Notes: a model not told the origin generated them from the letters alone. Positions 13,035 through 27,420 are shown, counted from the stretch's first letter. The stretch: DNA of 64,000 bases from Lama glama (GCA_028534125.1 CM052816.1:90336001-90400000); one strand, 5' to 3'. Translations and numbers: made by a program.

Positions 13035-14589
13035 CTGCGCACACTCTCCCCAGAGCATCTAATTTATTCAGCAAACGCAGGCTAGAACAGGTGGCTAACC
13101 TAAATGATGCCAAAAAGCATTAGCTCTCACACAGAGGCACCCTCCACAGTTTCTTATACACAACGTTTAATTCTTGTCCCTCAAAAAGGAAGCGTTAACA
13201 AGGTGCACTTCAGTGAGGCATGCAACACATTGGTAGTCAGAAGTGCTACCTGCATTTGTCGCTTTTGAATTTTCTGGCAAAAAGAAAGATACGTGATTTC
13301 AAGGACTGATTGCTTCTGACAACTTCATTCTATCAATTAGGTCGTTTTACCTCCTATCATAAAATTTCGTTACTTATATTTTAATCAATCAAATATGATT
13401 GTGAGTTTTAACAGCAAGAGAGTTTACCCCTGGATTTCACAATTCTTGCTTTAGATAATAAGCAACCTCAGAAATTTCAATTCCTTAAAGCCATCTGAAA
13501 GCAATAGGTATTTGTAAATAATTCTGGATTATAAGAGGAGAAAAGGGGATAAAAACAAGCCAGTTAAAGCTCTGCTTATTACAGCATTAAATAATTCCAT
13601 TAGCCAGGTTTGAAGTTACAAAGGAAAAAATCTGGAAAACTAACAGTAAGATATAAACTTTTTTATACTATATAAGGACTTTTTGATCCAGGCCCACTTT
13701 CCTTCTCCATCCTTATCTCCAAACACAACCCCAAATACATCCTGATTTTCAGTCAACAGACCACCAGTGAAATCTGCTCTTCAGATTCATTGTATTTACT
13801 GTCGTTTCTGTCTTAGAATGTCCTCCCAGCACTGTACTCTCTGCTCAGTGTTTATCCGCCTTTCAAAGCTAAGATCAGGCATTTTCTCTCCCCAAAAGCC
13901 TTTCCTCACCTCCCCAGAAAGAATTACAAGCGTCCTGCTGTGCTCCCTCTGCAAGTGAGTCCATTGTTTGTTTCTATAGCTACTTGCTTCCTCAGATTGG
14001 GTCCCCCAGATCTCAAATGCAGAGAATAACTTCAGTTCCCTTCTCATATCCAGATTAGTGTCTGGCTCATAGTATGAAATCATAAATATTAAAGAAAAGA
14101 ATGAATTAATGAGCACAATTGTACATTATTAACACAAAATCTGCACAAACCTAATATAATGACAAAACATTCTCAGAAATTAAAATAAAAATCTCGCTAA
14201 TTCAGACAAAGTATAATCATCATGCTTAAAGGGTCTGTATTTTTTTTGAAATGAGTGGAAACTTTCTTCAAACGAAGTCTCATGTGCAGCTTCTCTTTTG
14301 AAATCTGAATGTCAGTCCATCGTCTAAGCCATGGAGCCTGCTCATTCCGCCTTTCAAAACCACAGGCTTCCAAGAGCAGAGCTTGAAAAGACTGGACTAG
14401 ACTTAGTGCACATTCAATTTTGCCTTCCTGCTTCCCAGAACATAGTAATCACATAAACAAGTGTTTATTGGGAAATGGCATTTAAAATAGGAGCCATTTG
14501 CTAGGAAATTCAGGTCTTGGTGTTACTCTATTGATCTGCTTTTGAAGTCTTCTGATTATTTGCAAAGGTGACCCTTGCCGCCTGAGGAT

Positions 14590-14603
14590 GTTTCCTTGGC
14601 AAC
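14590..14603 (+). promoter_or_regulatory. RFX X-box motif GTTTCCTTGGCAAC
   Basis: Near-palindromic X-box match; motif only. Confidence 0.35.
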
Positions 14604-14876
14604 AGGGATGACTGCTTCTAGCATGTAAAGGAAAAGCATCTCTGTTTGTTTTACACTCGACTACCCAGAGATGCTATGCTGCTTCAAAGAAAGCAGGCAA
14701 CCCTCATTTTTAAGTCCCAGATCAGCTCTCCAGTTCATGGGCTGCACATTACTCTGGAAAACAAGAGGTGGTGATAATTATCTGGCAATAGTTTCCTCAT
14801 CTCATCAAAAGGAAACAAGCTCTATATTGATGCATTTCCAGTCCCTTTTTCTAATTATCCCACATGCCTGCCTATG

Positions 14877-14889
14877 CATACACACACAT

Positions 14890-14922
<33 letters not shown>

Positions 14923-14943
14923 ATACACACACACAGCACACAC
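14877..14943. repeat. Imperfect (CA)n microsatellite
   Basis: Directly visible CA/TA repeats. Confidence 0.95.
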
Positions 14944-16074
14944 AATTTTCTTTTTCTTTTTTTCTTTCCATTTTCTGCAGTGAAGCTTTTGCTTGCTGTC
15001 AGATCTCTTCTTTCTATATGATCTCTGTTTTACTTATTTTCTACTTCCAGCAACAGCTTCTTTGCACATCTCAGTTTCCAACTTACAAATCTGAGTTAAG
15101 CATCCCGCTATTGTGGCCATAAAATTTTTGGTTAGAGCCAGTGGCATCTGATGAATCTATGTAACCCCACATTACTGCCAGAGGAGATGAAAGTATAAAA
15201 TAGGCCTTGAAACCAGTTGCTGGTATCAATTCCCCTTTAATTCGCATTTGCTCACACATTCTTTTAATTACTACAGCAACATTTTATTTGTTATGCTTTA
15301 TTGTCTGCCCAAAGCAACTTGGGAACAGTTTCCTTGATATCAGTGACACTTCTTTATGCCAATTTCATACAGTTGTACAGATAAATCACAAAAGGGCTGG
15401 AAAACCTAATGTGTCAGACATACCTTCCTATTAGTGAAATTGTTTTGTCTGGATTTTTTACTCAAAGAAGGAGGCAGGAATTAATGGGGTTGTATAGAGT
15501 TGTGCTGGGAAAAATTCTTCCTAAAGGGTGTTTCCAGATATCACTTTATGCTAATTTCAGTAGGTAATAACTAAATAAATTAGAGCTTTAGAGTGGATGA
15601 TGGTGTAGCAAAAGGCTCAAACTCATAGCCCAGCTTTTTAAACATAGAATGTACAGAATCCTAAGTATGAACAGTAAAAGTAAAACAATTTCTCTCATTC
15701 CTGAAGTATCCAAGGAATATGAATTTTTAAATATTATTGAACAGATAGTGTTACAAATCCATAGATTTAAAATACATTTTATTCTACTACAGTCAGAAGT
15801 GTAGGTATGCAATGAACTTAATAATGCAATTTATTATTTTTCATGTTATAAAATGAACACCAAAAAACAGTAAGAAACATGCCAATGCAAACTGATCACA
15901 GACCTTGGGCAAATATCAGAAAATCTTTTGATGCTTGTTTGCTTATCATATGAAATGTTCACCATAAAGTTCCTGAAGATGAGAATTGCACTTTGCCTTT
16001 ATTGTTAAGTGTTTTATTTTATAACCTAATGCTCAACTTTCAACAACCTCTATAAATTATTTTTGCATGTGACA

Positions 16075-16460
16075 TCTGTTAGAAACACTTTCAACTAAGA
16101 GTAACAGAAAATACCATTTAGAGGGACTTAGTAAATATTGATTTATTTTTCAGACATAACAAGGAAGTCTTGAGGCAGTTGGTATTGGTTCAGCTGTTTT
16201 AGCATGTTACAGCTGGCATTTCTGAAATTCTCTTATTTTCCTATTTGCCTCCTCATGGTCACAAAATGGCTGCAGAAGCTTTCAGCCTCCCAGTCTGCCT
16301 TCAAGAAAGAAGAGAAAAGGAGCCATGCAGACATGTCTTTCCCTTTTATCAGGTAAACAAAATCTTTCATAAAGCTCTTAGTAAGTTTATGCTCATGTCT
16401 CAGTGTCCATAACTAAAGAATATGGTCATTCTCACTGCAGGAGAACCCAGGACCTTAAGA
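16075..16460 (-). mobile_element. Old MaLR LTR (MLT1J/K-like)
   Basis: agtaacagaaaa...cctcatggtcacaaaatggctgcag...; boundaries approximate. Confidence 0.6.
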
Positions 16461-19400
16461 ATTTAGTTTTCCATCTATTCTAACAGAGGTGACAATGCAG
16501 AAACAGATTTAAAATACCTGAGGGTGAGCTAAAACATTAGATGCTCATTTTTAGATTCATGATAGACACATACAAACATACATACATATAAATAGAAAGA
16601 AGATGCAAATTGGGAAAGAAACAAATAAACCAAGAAAGAGATCAAGAAAGAAAAGAGAGAAAATGTATTCCACTGCAATCTTAAGACAGAAAAATGAGGT
16701 ATTCAAAATGAGAAAGAGATGATATGAAGCTGCATATAAATGTTTTCCAAATGCTTTTTGTGGTGCAATCCCAGAAGCATGCTCAGGGGACCGATTTCAC
16801 TCATAACCAAAGCAGATCAACCGCGAGATGGTTGGTAGATGTTAAGAACATGTGTGTTTTGCCAGTTGGTAGCTCAAGGGAAAGTTTCAGGGAAACTATC
16901 ATTAGCTAACTTAATTACTCATGATCGTTCAAAAATTAAAATAATTTTTGCATAGTCTTCTTATTAACACAGAATTTGGAAGAACCACATTATTACAAAC
17001 TATTTATTATTTGCTTTTAAAGTTACTTCTAGGTATTTTGAAAGTGTTTACAAATATTTGTAGAATCCCTTTTTTTCCCTTTGGGTCAGCCTTGTCCAAT
17101 ATGAAAACCAAGTGGGCCGGATGAGTGGCTATAGTATCAAGTCAGCAGGTTCAATTTCTCAGTCACCTTGCCTTTTGTCTTTCTAAAAAATGTTGAAATT
17201 TCATGCTACCTTTTTGTCCTCAGTCCCTTGCTAGGAGGTAAGCCTCATGGGAGAGGCTCTGTTTTTCTTGTTTGCTGTTATGTCCCAAGTGTTTGCAACA
17301 GTGTGTGATACAATAGAGTCATTCAGTAAGTAGTTGTTGCCTAAGTAGGTGAAAATTAAAAATTAATCCTTGGTAGACTACTTGCCTACTAGGCAAATAT
17401 TCGACTTTGATGTGAAATTCAATAAATTCTTCAAAACTTTCTTCCAACATTAATTGTACAGCAATAAATTTAAACATCAAATTCTTCTTCAGAAAACAGC
17501 TCATTAATCAAATGGTTTAGACTATAAACATCTCAAGAGTGAGAACCACATGCTTGTCTTTTTGTCTCTGTTGCCAAGCCCAGAGCCTGGCATATAATAA
17601 ATGTTTGTAAAATGAATTGCTGACCAGATTTTATACTGAGCAATTACTAAAGTGGTGGTAATGAATATTTTGGTTCAAACTTTAAAATAAAACTATCTTG
17701 ACATGTTTCCAATGAACATTCAACCCCTGAACTTCCTTCTTAAGAATATTATTCCAGCTCAAAACAGCCAACTTTTCAACCAGAAGGCTAATGAAAATCT
17801 GAGAGGAAATTCATAAGACCCGCCAAGTCAGAGTTAAGCATACACTCACTCACGCACACATACAGATCCATCACATAGCTGTTTCTCTGGTATAATTCTG
17901 GGCTTGCAAAATAAATTGTTCTCAAAGAGAAAAAAAGAGTACAGCTAAGAACCTTAGTGGATTTGTCTGTAAGAACACAGAACCAAATAATCCTATGAAG
18001 AACAGTATTCTATAAAGTCATGCTCATTAATTTGTATCTATGCAATTCCAAAATCTAGTTGTAGCAAGTATAAAGGAAGATAATATATTTCTTTATGGCT
18101 GGAAGGATAAAAACATTGCTGTCTTGAAATGAAGTCTTTTTTTTTTTTAATCAGTATTTAAACCAGGCTCAAAGCAAAGCTCACTAGTAACACTATGGTA
18201 TATACAATTCTACAACAGAGCAGCAGGTAAGGTAAATATATACATTCTCAACAAGTCAGATGTTGTATTTATTGAAATACTTTCAAAACAAGCTCTACTC
18301 TTTCACTCCTTATATTTTCACTGCTACATGCAAGCTTAGTTAGGTGAACAGGATGTTAATATCCTGTGGGTATGAATATACACATTTTTTTAAATCACTC
18401 TAATTCCTCCAACTCTTACTGATTTCAGCACAGCCGTGAGACTATCCTTGCATAACTGCAAACACACCGCTATTTTTAGGTTAAGCATTTTATTCCATGA
18501 AATGAAAAGAAAACAAACAAAACAAAACAAAAGACCCCCCCAAAAAAACACAAACAAGAGACAGAAATAAGTCAGTTGGAAAACAGAAGGCTGAAGTGTT
18601 AATTGAACATTACCTTTTTCTCACAGTGAGGCAAATGCACCATGGTCATTTCTGTCTTTTCTCACAGTGCTGATTTAAAACCACCAGCTGAGAAGGCAGC
18701 TGTGCAGAGCAAGGAACTGGTGAGCCCAGCAGGAGTCCTGTATCCTAATGCTGCTCCCAGAGATTCATGCTTTCTCTCAGTCGCTGTGTTGTCATTGGTA
18801 GTGCCAGAAATGTGAAATGTTGTCCTCTTTTCCTCAGCAGTGGTACAAAGATCACAGTGATGGTGTCTTTAAAGACTTCAAAAGCCTGGATCACCCCGTT
18901 TTTATTGTTATTTATTTTCAGTGTAGCCTCCAAAGAGCCGGCATTGGCTACTTTTCAAGGTATTTGAAATTCTAGAGAGCTTTCATTAATCATAATGTTA
19001 ATGGAAGAGATGGCAAAACAGACATGAAAGTTACAGCATATGGGAGAGGGAGTGGTAAGTTCGCTTTTTCCCCCTCCCTATCCAAAAAAAAAAAAAAAAG
19101 ACTTCACTGTTTCACTGTTACACTGCAATTTTTTTCCTCTAGATTACAACAATGAAACTCTTATCTTTAAAGAAACAAAAACACTGTATATCATGCCTCT
19201 GATAAAAGTAGCAATGCAAAACTTACTACAACCTAAAATAAAACTACATTTTTAAAAAGCTCTTGAAAATGGAATTAATTTATTGTTCATTTCCGTATGG
19301 TGGCATTAAAAATGTTTTATGAAGTACTCTGGAAATGACTTGAAAAATAATTACAGGGGAACTGCAGGACTACATAATGGATGCAGTTGCTCATGGTAGG

Positions 19401-20989
19401 ACATGACTGATGTTACAAGATAGTCATATGTGAACAAAGCATGTCATATTCAGAGCAAAGGATTCTGGTGGGGTTCAAAATCAGAAGAAAATCAATTGCT
19501 TCCATTTCTGAAGGTATGATTGATTTTAAATATAATAAATATAATAATTCATATGTCTAATGTAAAATTACATTTATGTATATAAAATATCCTTGTGTGT
19601 TGACGTGTATATTCAAAGACATTCGGCTTCAGTATCTAAAATAATATTTACTATGTTTCAATAATTAATTATTAAAACTTTTCAAAGAAAACTTGAACAA
19701 TAATTTAAAATGTGTTATTTTATTAATGAGTATATTTCCATTACTATCTGAAAGCTACAATTAGATATAAAAGTCAATATAAAATAACTGATAAAGAGGA
19801 ATATATTCTAAGTAATTTTAGGAGTTCTTCCATTTATATTTGGCTATATACAACTAAATTATATATATATATAAATATAACTAAATTATGTTTTAATTGA
19901 TTTTGTAAGTCGATTTTGGGAAAGATGTAGAGCTGAAATGTTAACATTTAGAAATTCTCATTTCCCTATGGGTTATGTCATCTAATAGGTATTTATGACA
20001 ATATATTTGGTGTCTAGAACTCTATCATGCTAACTTAAATCAAGATTTCGTGAAATAAAATTTCAGGCACATACATCACGGACACATGTCCTTCTTCCAG
20101 GAAGCCTTCTTTTCATTTTCAAATGCAGTTCCAATCAAAAATATTTGGCAAAAAGAAAACTAGTATGTTTTCTCTCGTGGCATAACAAATAGCCACAAAT
20201 TTAGCAGCTTAAAATTAACGGAGTCATCTCATTTTGGAAATATAATGCACTAATTACATAAAGAAGCACATAGTTCTAAAGTGTTGCCTTAGCATTTTAT
20301 TTTATGATTATATTTTTTCCTATTCATTCATTCATTCACAAGATCAATTGCGATTTCTGCCAATAGTTGAAAGTTTTGCCCTGAAGAAATTATTTAAGTA
20401 TTTTTGTCTACTAAAACACTATTTCTAAAAATATCAAATATTCAGTATTAGTCTCAACAAATATATGCAAGGCTGCCCAAAGATGCTACCCTGCATAGGA
20501 AAACACGTGATGAGAAATTGAGGAGTTAGTGGTACCTACAATAGTAATATCTTAGAGATGCATTTTTCACCATTCTTCAAAATGATTTCAGATATCCATA
20601 AAGACATGTAAAAAACAAAATCAACCTCACCAATCATTACAGAAACTTAAATATTTAAGTTAAAGATTGTATTCCATTTGTGCCTACTAAATAAACAATT
20701 TTTAAAAATGTGCAATCCACAATAATGATGAAGATACAGCATCATATCTTATTGTTGACAGTTCAAACTTGTATATGGCAATTTGTCAGGAAAGTAACAG
20801 CAATAGAGAGACAGAGAAAAAATGACAACTTGCCATTTCCCAGACCTTTTCTGTTAATGTTGCATTTATAATATTGCTCAGCACATCACATCAAAGAATT
20901 TAAAAAGTGGGAAACTAAATGTCCAATAAGTAAATCATTTCAGAAAATGAAAATTCATCCTGGGAGTGGGCAGTTAGAGCTAGACTATG

Positions 20990-21428
20990 ATGATCAACAC
21001 ACAACACAACAGCACTCATCGGGGAGGCGTGGCTATGATCCAGTCTGGAACAAGACAGATACAAGGACACACAGAATCACAAAAACAACTAAACAGTCCC
21101 CTTTTTGTACTAACTTGAGTGACTACTACTTATTTCACCAATGGCAACCAGCATTGCTTTGATCCCCTACCTTCTAGAGAATAATCACCAAGTTAGCTAG
21201 TCCTTGAATTGCCCCTGATTTCTGACAGCACTTAATTCAGAAATGGCCTCCTCTTCTTGTAAACCCTGCTTAGAATCACCCAACATAAGCTCAAATTCTT
21301 TAACAGGTCTTTTCCAAAATTCTCCTTGAAACCCCAGCAGTTCTTCTGAAGAGCACTCTCCTTTCTGCCTAGAGCTTAATAACTTTTGTTTTCCTAATGT
21401 GTGTGCCCACTGGCTGGTGGAGTCAATA
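20990..21428 (+). mobile_element. Probable ERV solo LTR within an old L1 fragment
   Basis: LTR-like composition with U3/R/U5-like order, flanked both sides by L1M-like text; family not assignable by eye. Confidence 0.45.
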
Positions 21429-21679
21429 AGTTAAATTGTGACCACTTATTACATTGTATGTTGTGTAGCCACTTTAATGACAGCGTACAAATGGTAAAAC
21501 ACGATAATAACTACATGAAAACATGTAAAGAAAATGTGTCAGATGCTAAGGTTAAAACCTTGGGTTTATTGGTATTTTTCCTCTTGGTAGTTTCTTCCTC
21601 CTTTTCTATTTCCCTAACTTCCTTTGAGTAAAAATATGTATTTCTTAAAAAACATTGTTAAAAATATGCAAAATTTGAA

Positions 21680-22005
21680 TGCCTTAATCTGTTTAAGCCA
21701 GGTGGCTTATAAACACTAGAAATTCATTTCTCACAGTTCTGGAGACTGAGAAGTCCAAGAACAAGGTGCTAACAGAGCAGTGTCTAAGGCGATCCCACTT
21801 CCTGAGTCACAGACGGTTGATCCTTGCTGTGTCTTCACACGGAAGAAGAGGTGAGGGAGGTCTTCAGGGTCTTTCTCATAGGGAACTAATTCCATTCATG
21901 AAGGCTTCATCACCATAACCTAATCACTTCCCGAAGACTCCACCTCCAAGTTGTGAATTAGGTTTCAACATATGAATTTTCAGAGGACACAGACATTCAG
22001 CCTCT
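21680..22005 (-). mobile_element. MaLR LTR (MLT1A-like)
   Basis: atttctcacagttctggagactgagaagtccaag; cctaatcacttcccgaag; ttcaacatatgaatttt..gacacagacattcag. Confidence 0.85.
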
Positions 22006-24124
22006 TCCAGTGAACAGAACAAAATCTCCTCCTTTAGTTAAATAGGAGAGCTCATACATGTATCTTATGCACGTATTTTCTCCCTTCTATTCAGCAAGGA
22101 ATAAATGTGCACATAGCAGTTGATACATATTATTAATTTATGAGCCTAGGTTCATAAAAATAATGGTTAATTAACTCATGCACATAAGTCGATGGATTGG
22201 TATACATAATGAATTAACTTATATGCATTGTTGATTTTTTGATACACGTAAGAATGCAGTAATTCATTTTTCACAGGTTCATTATTTTTGTGTTTACTTA
22301 TTCATCAAATATATATTGAGGTTTGTTCATGATTAATTGCCTAAACCTAAGGCTAGTTTAGTATGCAATGGGGAGGTGAGAAGGTTGGTATGTCATCAGA
22401 TAGAGGGACGTAGGCTCTATTCTCAGTTAGATGATGCTATGGGAACAGTGTCGAGGGGACACTTACTTCCTTGGGTGCCAGAGAATCCTGGGTAGGATTG
22501 CTCAGGGGTGACTTCAAGGACGAGGTGTTGCTTACCATGAGTCCTTAATAACAAGTAGGTGTTTGTCAGGCAAAGAAGAAAAGAAAGCGTATTCCAGGAT
22601 GCGTATGAGTCTATAATTAAGAGCTAAAACGAGAAAGACAATTAATGCTCCAAGAGTTAAGAAAAGTTGAGATCAGTGTGGGTGTGTTTGTGAAGGATTC
22701 GTGAAGAAAGTGTACTTGACCTGAATCTTAGAAAATGGAGATGACTTAGAGGTGGAGAAAGAAAATCCAGCCTGGAGTAATGACATAAATAGTTGTCCTC
22801 GTCTGTGACATGGTGGGTGATATAAGTTGTGATAGGATAGTTTGCTTCTGTCCATAGAGAGCCATCAGATAAATCAGGAAACAAAATTTTAGTTTTGGGG
22901 CAATCTTTCCAAGGGCCATTCTATGAGCTCACATGTGACAAACCTTCATTCCAATGGTAGTAAATGGTCACTTGTTGCTGTATCTTTCTCAAGCCAAGGG
23001 AGGTTCACACATAAAAAGTCAACTGAAAACCTTGAATGAAAACTTTCTGATCCAATCCAGTTGTTCCTCAAAGACACCACCTGTCTCCTGGAATTGCCCT
23101 CACTGTACTATAAGAGATTTCACTGATGCATTGCTATATTTTTTGTGTTCTCTGAACTCAGAGTCAGGCCAAAAATGATAAAAGTAGGAGGAAATCCTTC
23201 TTTGAAATTAACTAGCTAAAAAAAAAAAAAAGGAAAAAAAAAGGAAAAGAAGACTAGTTAGATTTTGATGGAGAAACTTATGCCAAGTTCTAAAGGCATA
23301 GAAATGCAAAGTGTGGGGAAGGATGTTTTTCAAACTTTAAATTGGGTCTGGAAATGTTGCAAGGATGGTTACATATGGCTGGCAAACAGAACACATGCCA
23401 AAGAGGCAAAATGAGTACAAGAAGATGTGAAGATTAATCTGTGCATATGGGGAACATTAGCAAAGAAAATGTCTGTATAGGAAATGGGCCACATTGGTAT
23501 AGAAAGGTGCCCAGTGGAAAGAGCAGTTTTGAACATGATATGAATGAGGAACCAGACAAATTACAATTTGACATTTTATACTATCTTAGATATTATTTGT
23601 TTTTTATTTCCGTCTCTGAGTCTGAATAACAGGCTTTTACTTCTTTATCTAGAATCATCTTTTTTCTCTTTTCCATCTCATTAGCCTAAAACATAAGAAA
23701 GAAGTCTGTTCCTCTTGCACTGTTAAAATGTAGACACATCTGGGAGGAAGCAGAACGTGGCACCAAACATTTATTTTGGCCTATTTTATTTTAAAAGCAC
23801 ACCTTTTTTTTCCACTGATAGTTGGAGAATCAATGCTAATTTAGGGGAAAATCAAGAGCAAATGCAATAGAATGACTCTTGTTTTAAATAAATTTCTTTG
23901 AAATATAGTTCATACTAAAAAATCTCATTCTGAAAAGGTAGAAGGCATAGCATTGTGTGTGATTTCAAAACTGCCCTATTTAAAGAGATAACTGTTAGCA
24001 TGTTTAGATCCAGGACAAAGATATTTTCACAACATTTCAACATCATCTTTCTTATTTAAAAACAAAATCTCATCCAGTGACTTGGTTATAATGTTATATA
24101 AAATATATATGACTAGATTAGTTA

Positions 24125-24690
24125 TGTAATGCTGTGTAACATATTATCCCCAAATTTTGAGGCTTACAAAACAAAGATATATTATCTTAGCATTTCTGTG
24201 GGTCAGGCAAGCTGGTACAGTTTCACAGGGTCCTCAAGTTTGTGGTCCCTCACAAGGCTGCAGTCATTTCAAGACTTATCTGAGAGAAGAGGTACTTCTC
24301 TGGCAACCACTGATTTTGGTTTCTGTTTCTATAGTGTTTCCTCCTCCAGAATCTCACATACATGAAATTACAAAATACATAGCGTTCTGATATTGGCTTC
24401 TTTCACTCAGCAGTATTCACTTAAGATTCATGCATGTCTTCCCAGGGCTTGGTGGTGCATTTCTTTTTGTTGGTGAATGGTATTCCGTTGTATGGATGGA
24501 CCACAGTTAGTTTCTCCATTCACCTTTAGAAAGACATAAGAATTGCTTGCAGCTTTTGCTGATTATGAATGGAACTCCTATGACCATTCATGTGCAGGTG
24601 TGCAGGCTTTTTTTGTGTGTGCATAAGTTTTCAAGTCAACTGGATAAATACCTAGAGGCACAAATGCTGGGTTATAAAGTAGGTCTATGT
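24125..24690 (-). mobile_element. MLT1 fragment (~24125-24290) abutting an antisense L1 fragment (~24290-24690)
   Basis: gctgtgtaacatatt...tttctgtgggtcagg; then ttggcttctttcactcagc...tattccgttgtatggatggaccacag. Confidence 0.7.
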
Positions 24691-26356
24691 TTGGACTTTG
24701 AACCCACTTTTGAACCAATGATGGACACTGAATGATAGAATGATGGTTATATATATATATATTTTTTCAAAACAAAATGTTTCTTGTAAACCAGAAGAAA
24801 ATTGGGAGAGAATGAGGTCCACAATTACTGTAAGGCAGCGTTTCTTAGATTGGATTCTGTTGGGGACCGCAGTGGTGGAGGGGAAGGATTTTAGTGGAGA
24901 CAAATTCTCAGTTAAGTCGTAAAGATGAAAGAATTATATGAGGAAGTAGCAGTCAGGCTGAAGGAAATGTATTTCATATCTGAATTTGGGTAATAAAATG
25001 CAGAGTGGAAAGCAATAGTAGAGAGTTTATTTAAAAAAAAAAATCAGTCCTGAGAAGGAAAAGAAGTATGAGAGTAAAGAGACACAGCGTATGTAATGAG
25101 GAAGGTCAGGTAAGCAGCAGGGCTGAGGAAAGCCTGAGGGTGGGAGCTGGGGGAGCATCATAATGACTGGGGAGGGGAACTCCAGAATCACTGGTTTTGC
25201 CGTGATGTCCTTCCTTGGTAGTAAGCCCAGCAGCGATCTCAGTGTCTTTGACTGACAAGAGACTTCAGTGGATATTTTTAAGACCATTTCCCCCCACACC
25301 TTCACCCATATTTAGACCATTGTCTTTTGTGGGAATGTGTAACACTTCTGCTTTCTGAATCCCTCACACTCCACCCATATTCACTTCTCGTATGTGTAGG
25401 GACTATTATAAAAGTCATAAATGTAATAAGCAAATGAAAAGGATCCAAAAGGATGTCTTATAATCCAATCCTTAAGTGCAGAAATGTGATGTTTAAAATG
25501 TCATTTATTATGAATCTTGAAGTACTCTTTCAAGGAGCATGGGAATGAATGGTGACTGAATAGTTAGTTACTGAAATAATCAAATATTCATTAAGGAGAT
25601 GCTTCGTTAACAAATGCTGTATCATTGCTATAACCACTTCACTGGGGGAAAAGCATTCTTCCCTCAGTCCTGTTCTCTGTCCTTGCTACAAGGAAACATC
25701 CTGCCCCCTTTTGATCTCTGAAATGTCTGTAGAATTATTTGCTTCAAGGTGTTCTGATAGCCAGGTGGCCAAATTAGAAAGCTTATAAATGGATGCGTGA
25801 TTAGGTGTTTTTTTTTGTTTGTTTGTTTGGTTCTAAAAGACATATCTCCCTTATAAAATTCAGTAATTTTCTCGTGAGACTTGGTTTCTGTTTTGAGATA
25901 GCTTTACTTGGACACAATCGTTAATTCTCAATCTTCACCAATGTCTTCAGAACGCTGAACTAGAAAAAGCCAAAATCATCAACTGCAACGTAGGTGCATA
26001 ATTGAGGTAATTTGTAATTCTGGCATTGAAAAATACAATGAACTTTTTAAGTTCATGTGTAATCTTCTAATAAAATAGCACGAGATAATGAGTTTTTTTT
26101 TAACTATTTCTCCATCTCCATCCCTTCTTCACTAGGATTGCCTACACACAAAAATATGGAGGAAAAAAAATTGAACAAGTCCTTTTGTAATAGCTATCTT
26201 ACAATAAATCCCTGATACAATTGTAAAAAAAAAAAAAAAAAAAAAAACTGCCACCATTTCTTAACTCCTAATCTAGCAGTTTCACGTTCAAAAGGTTTCC
26301 AGAGTTAGATTGATCTGAGGCATACAAAAGCACTAATATCTAAAATAACCAAACCT

Positions 26357-26500
26357 GGGGGAGGGTGTAACTCAGTGGTAGAGTGTGTGCTTAGCATGCA
26401 CAAGGTCTTAGGTTCAATCCCCAATACCTCCATTAAAAAATTATATATAAGTAAATAAACCTAATTACGTCCCCTTCCCCCCCCAAAAAAATTTTAACAA
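26357..26500 (+). mobile_element. tRNA-derived SINE resembling camelid vic-1
   Basis: GGGGGAGGGTGTAACTCAGTGGTAGAG (A box) ... GGTTCAATCCC (B box), AT-rich and C-rich tail, 13-bp flanking duplication TAAAATAACCAAA at 26341-26353 and 26501-26513. Confidence 0.85.
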
Positions 26501-27362
26501 TAAAATAACCAAAATGTACGACTCACTGAGTCAAAAGGTAGTTCTTCATTTCACTGAAGAGTGAAAATCTGTGGGACATTAAGCAGGCAGCACCCACTAC
26601 ATTAGCAACATAGCATCCTTCTGTCACTAGGCAGCGGCCCTAGATCATGGAAGGCAGCACCACAGACTTGCAAGAATCCTCAGTACATGCTCATCTATGT
26701 TTTCAAAACACATCACATGCCTCTTGTGCTCATTTGAGAAACGTTAGACACCATATTAGGTCCTCAGTTCTGAATTATCTCCCTGTCTTCATCTCTGACC
26801 TATTAATGTCTCAGAATGCCTTAAGGCAACAATTCTCTCCTTCCCTCTTGCTCTTCTCTTTATGCTGATCAGGCATTTGGCACTCTCTCTTGAGCACAAG
26901 ACTCATTTTTCTTCTCCTGCTTGGTGTGATAAGGGTTTTATTTTAAATAAGTGGATATAAATTACTGCATGATACCAAGCAGCTCCAGTGAGAAGATGAT
27001 GGAAGTAGAGATGGAAAGAAGTGGACACAGAAGGAAGACAATGTGAAACTAAGAGAATGTTCATGGTTCAAAATAATGCCATTTTAAACTTATTAAATAG
27101 AACACTTTTTCTACATTTTTTTGTTGTATATTTGAAAACCTAGAGTCCATGGTTTGCTTTATTTCCACTACTTTTTCCTTTCGGTGATTCTCCAGTAAAT
27201 TATCTTTTTATTTTCTGCCACCACTCACAGTTTCTTCTCTTTGATGTTTTGTGTTCTCAGTGATAAACTGTCACTTCTCTATGTATTTTAATGTTCCCAA
27301 TAGTGTCAAACTTTCTATGTGCTCACACACACTCATATATGTAATTAATATACTACATATAC

Positions 27363-27420
<58 letters not shown>

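Noticed and set aside
26357..26432. tRNA gene
   Set aside because: tRNA-like A/B boxes are present, but so are a SINE tail and a flanking duplication; it is a SINE.
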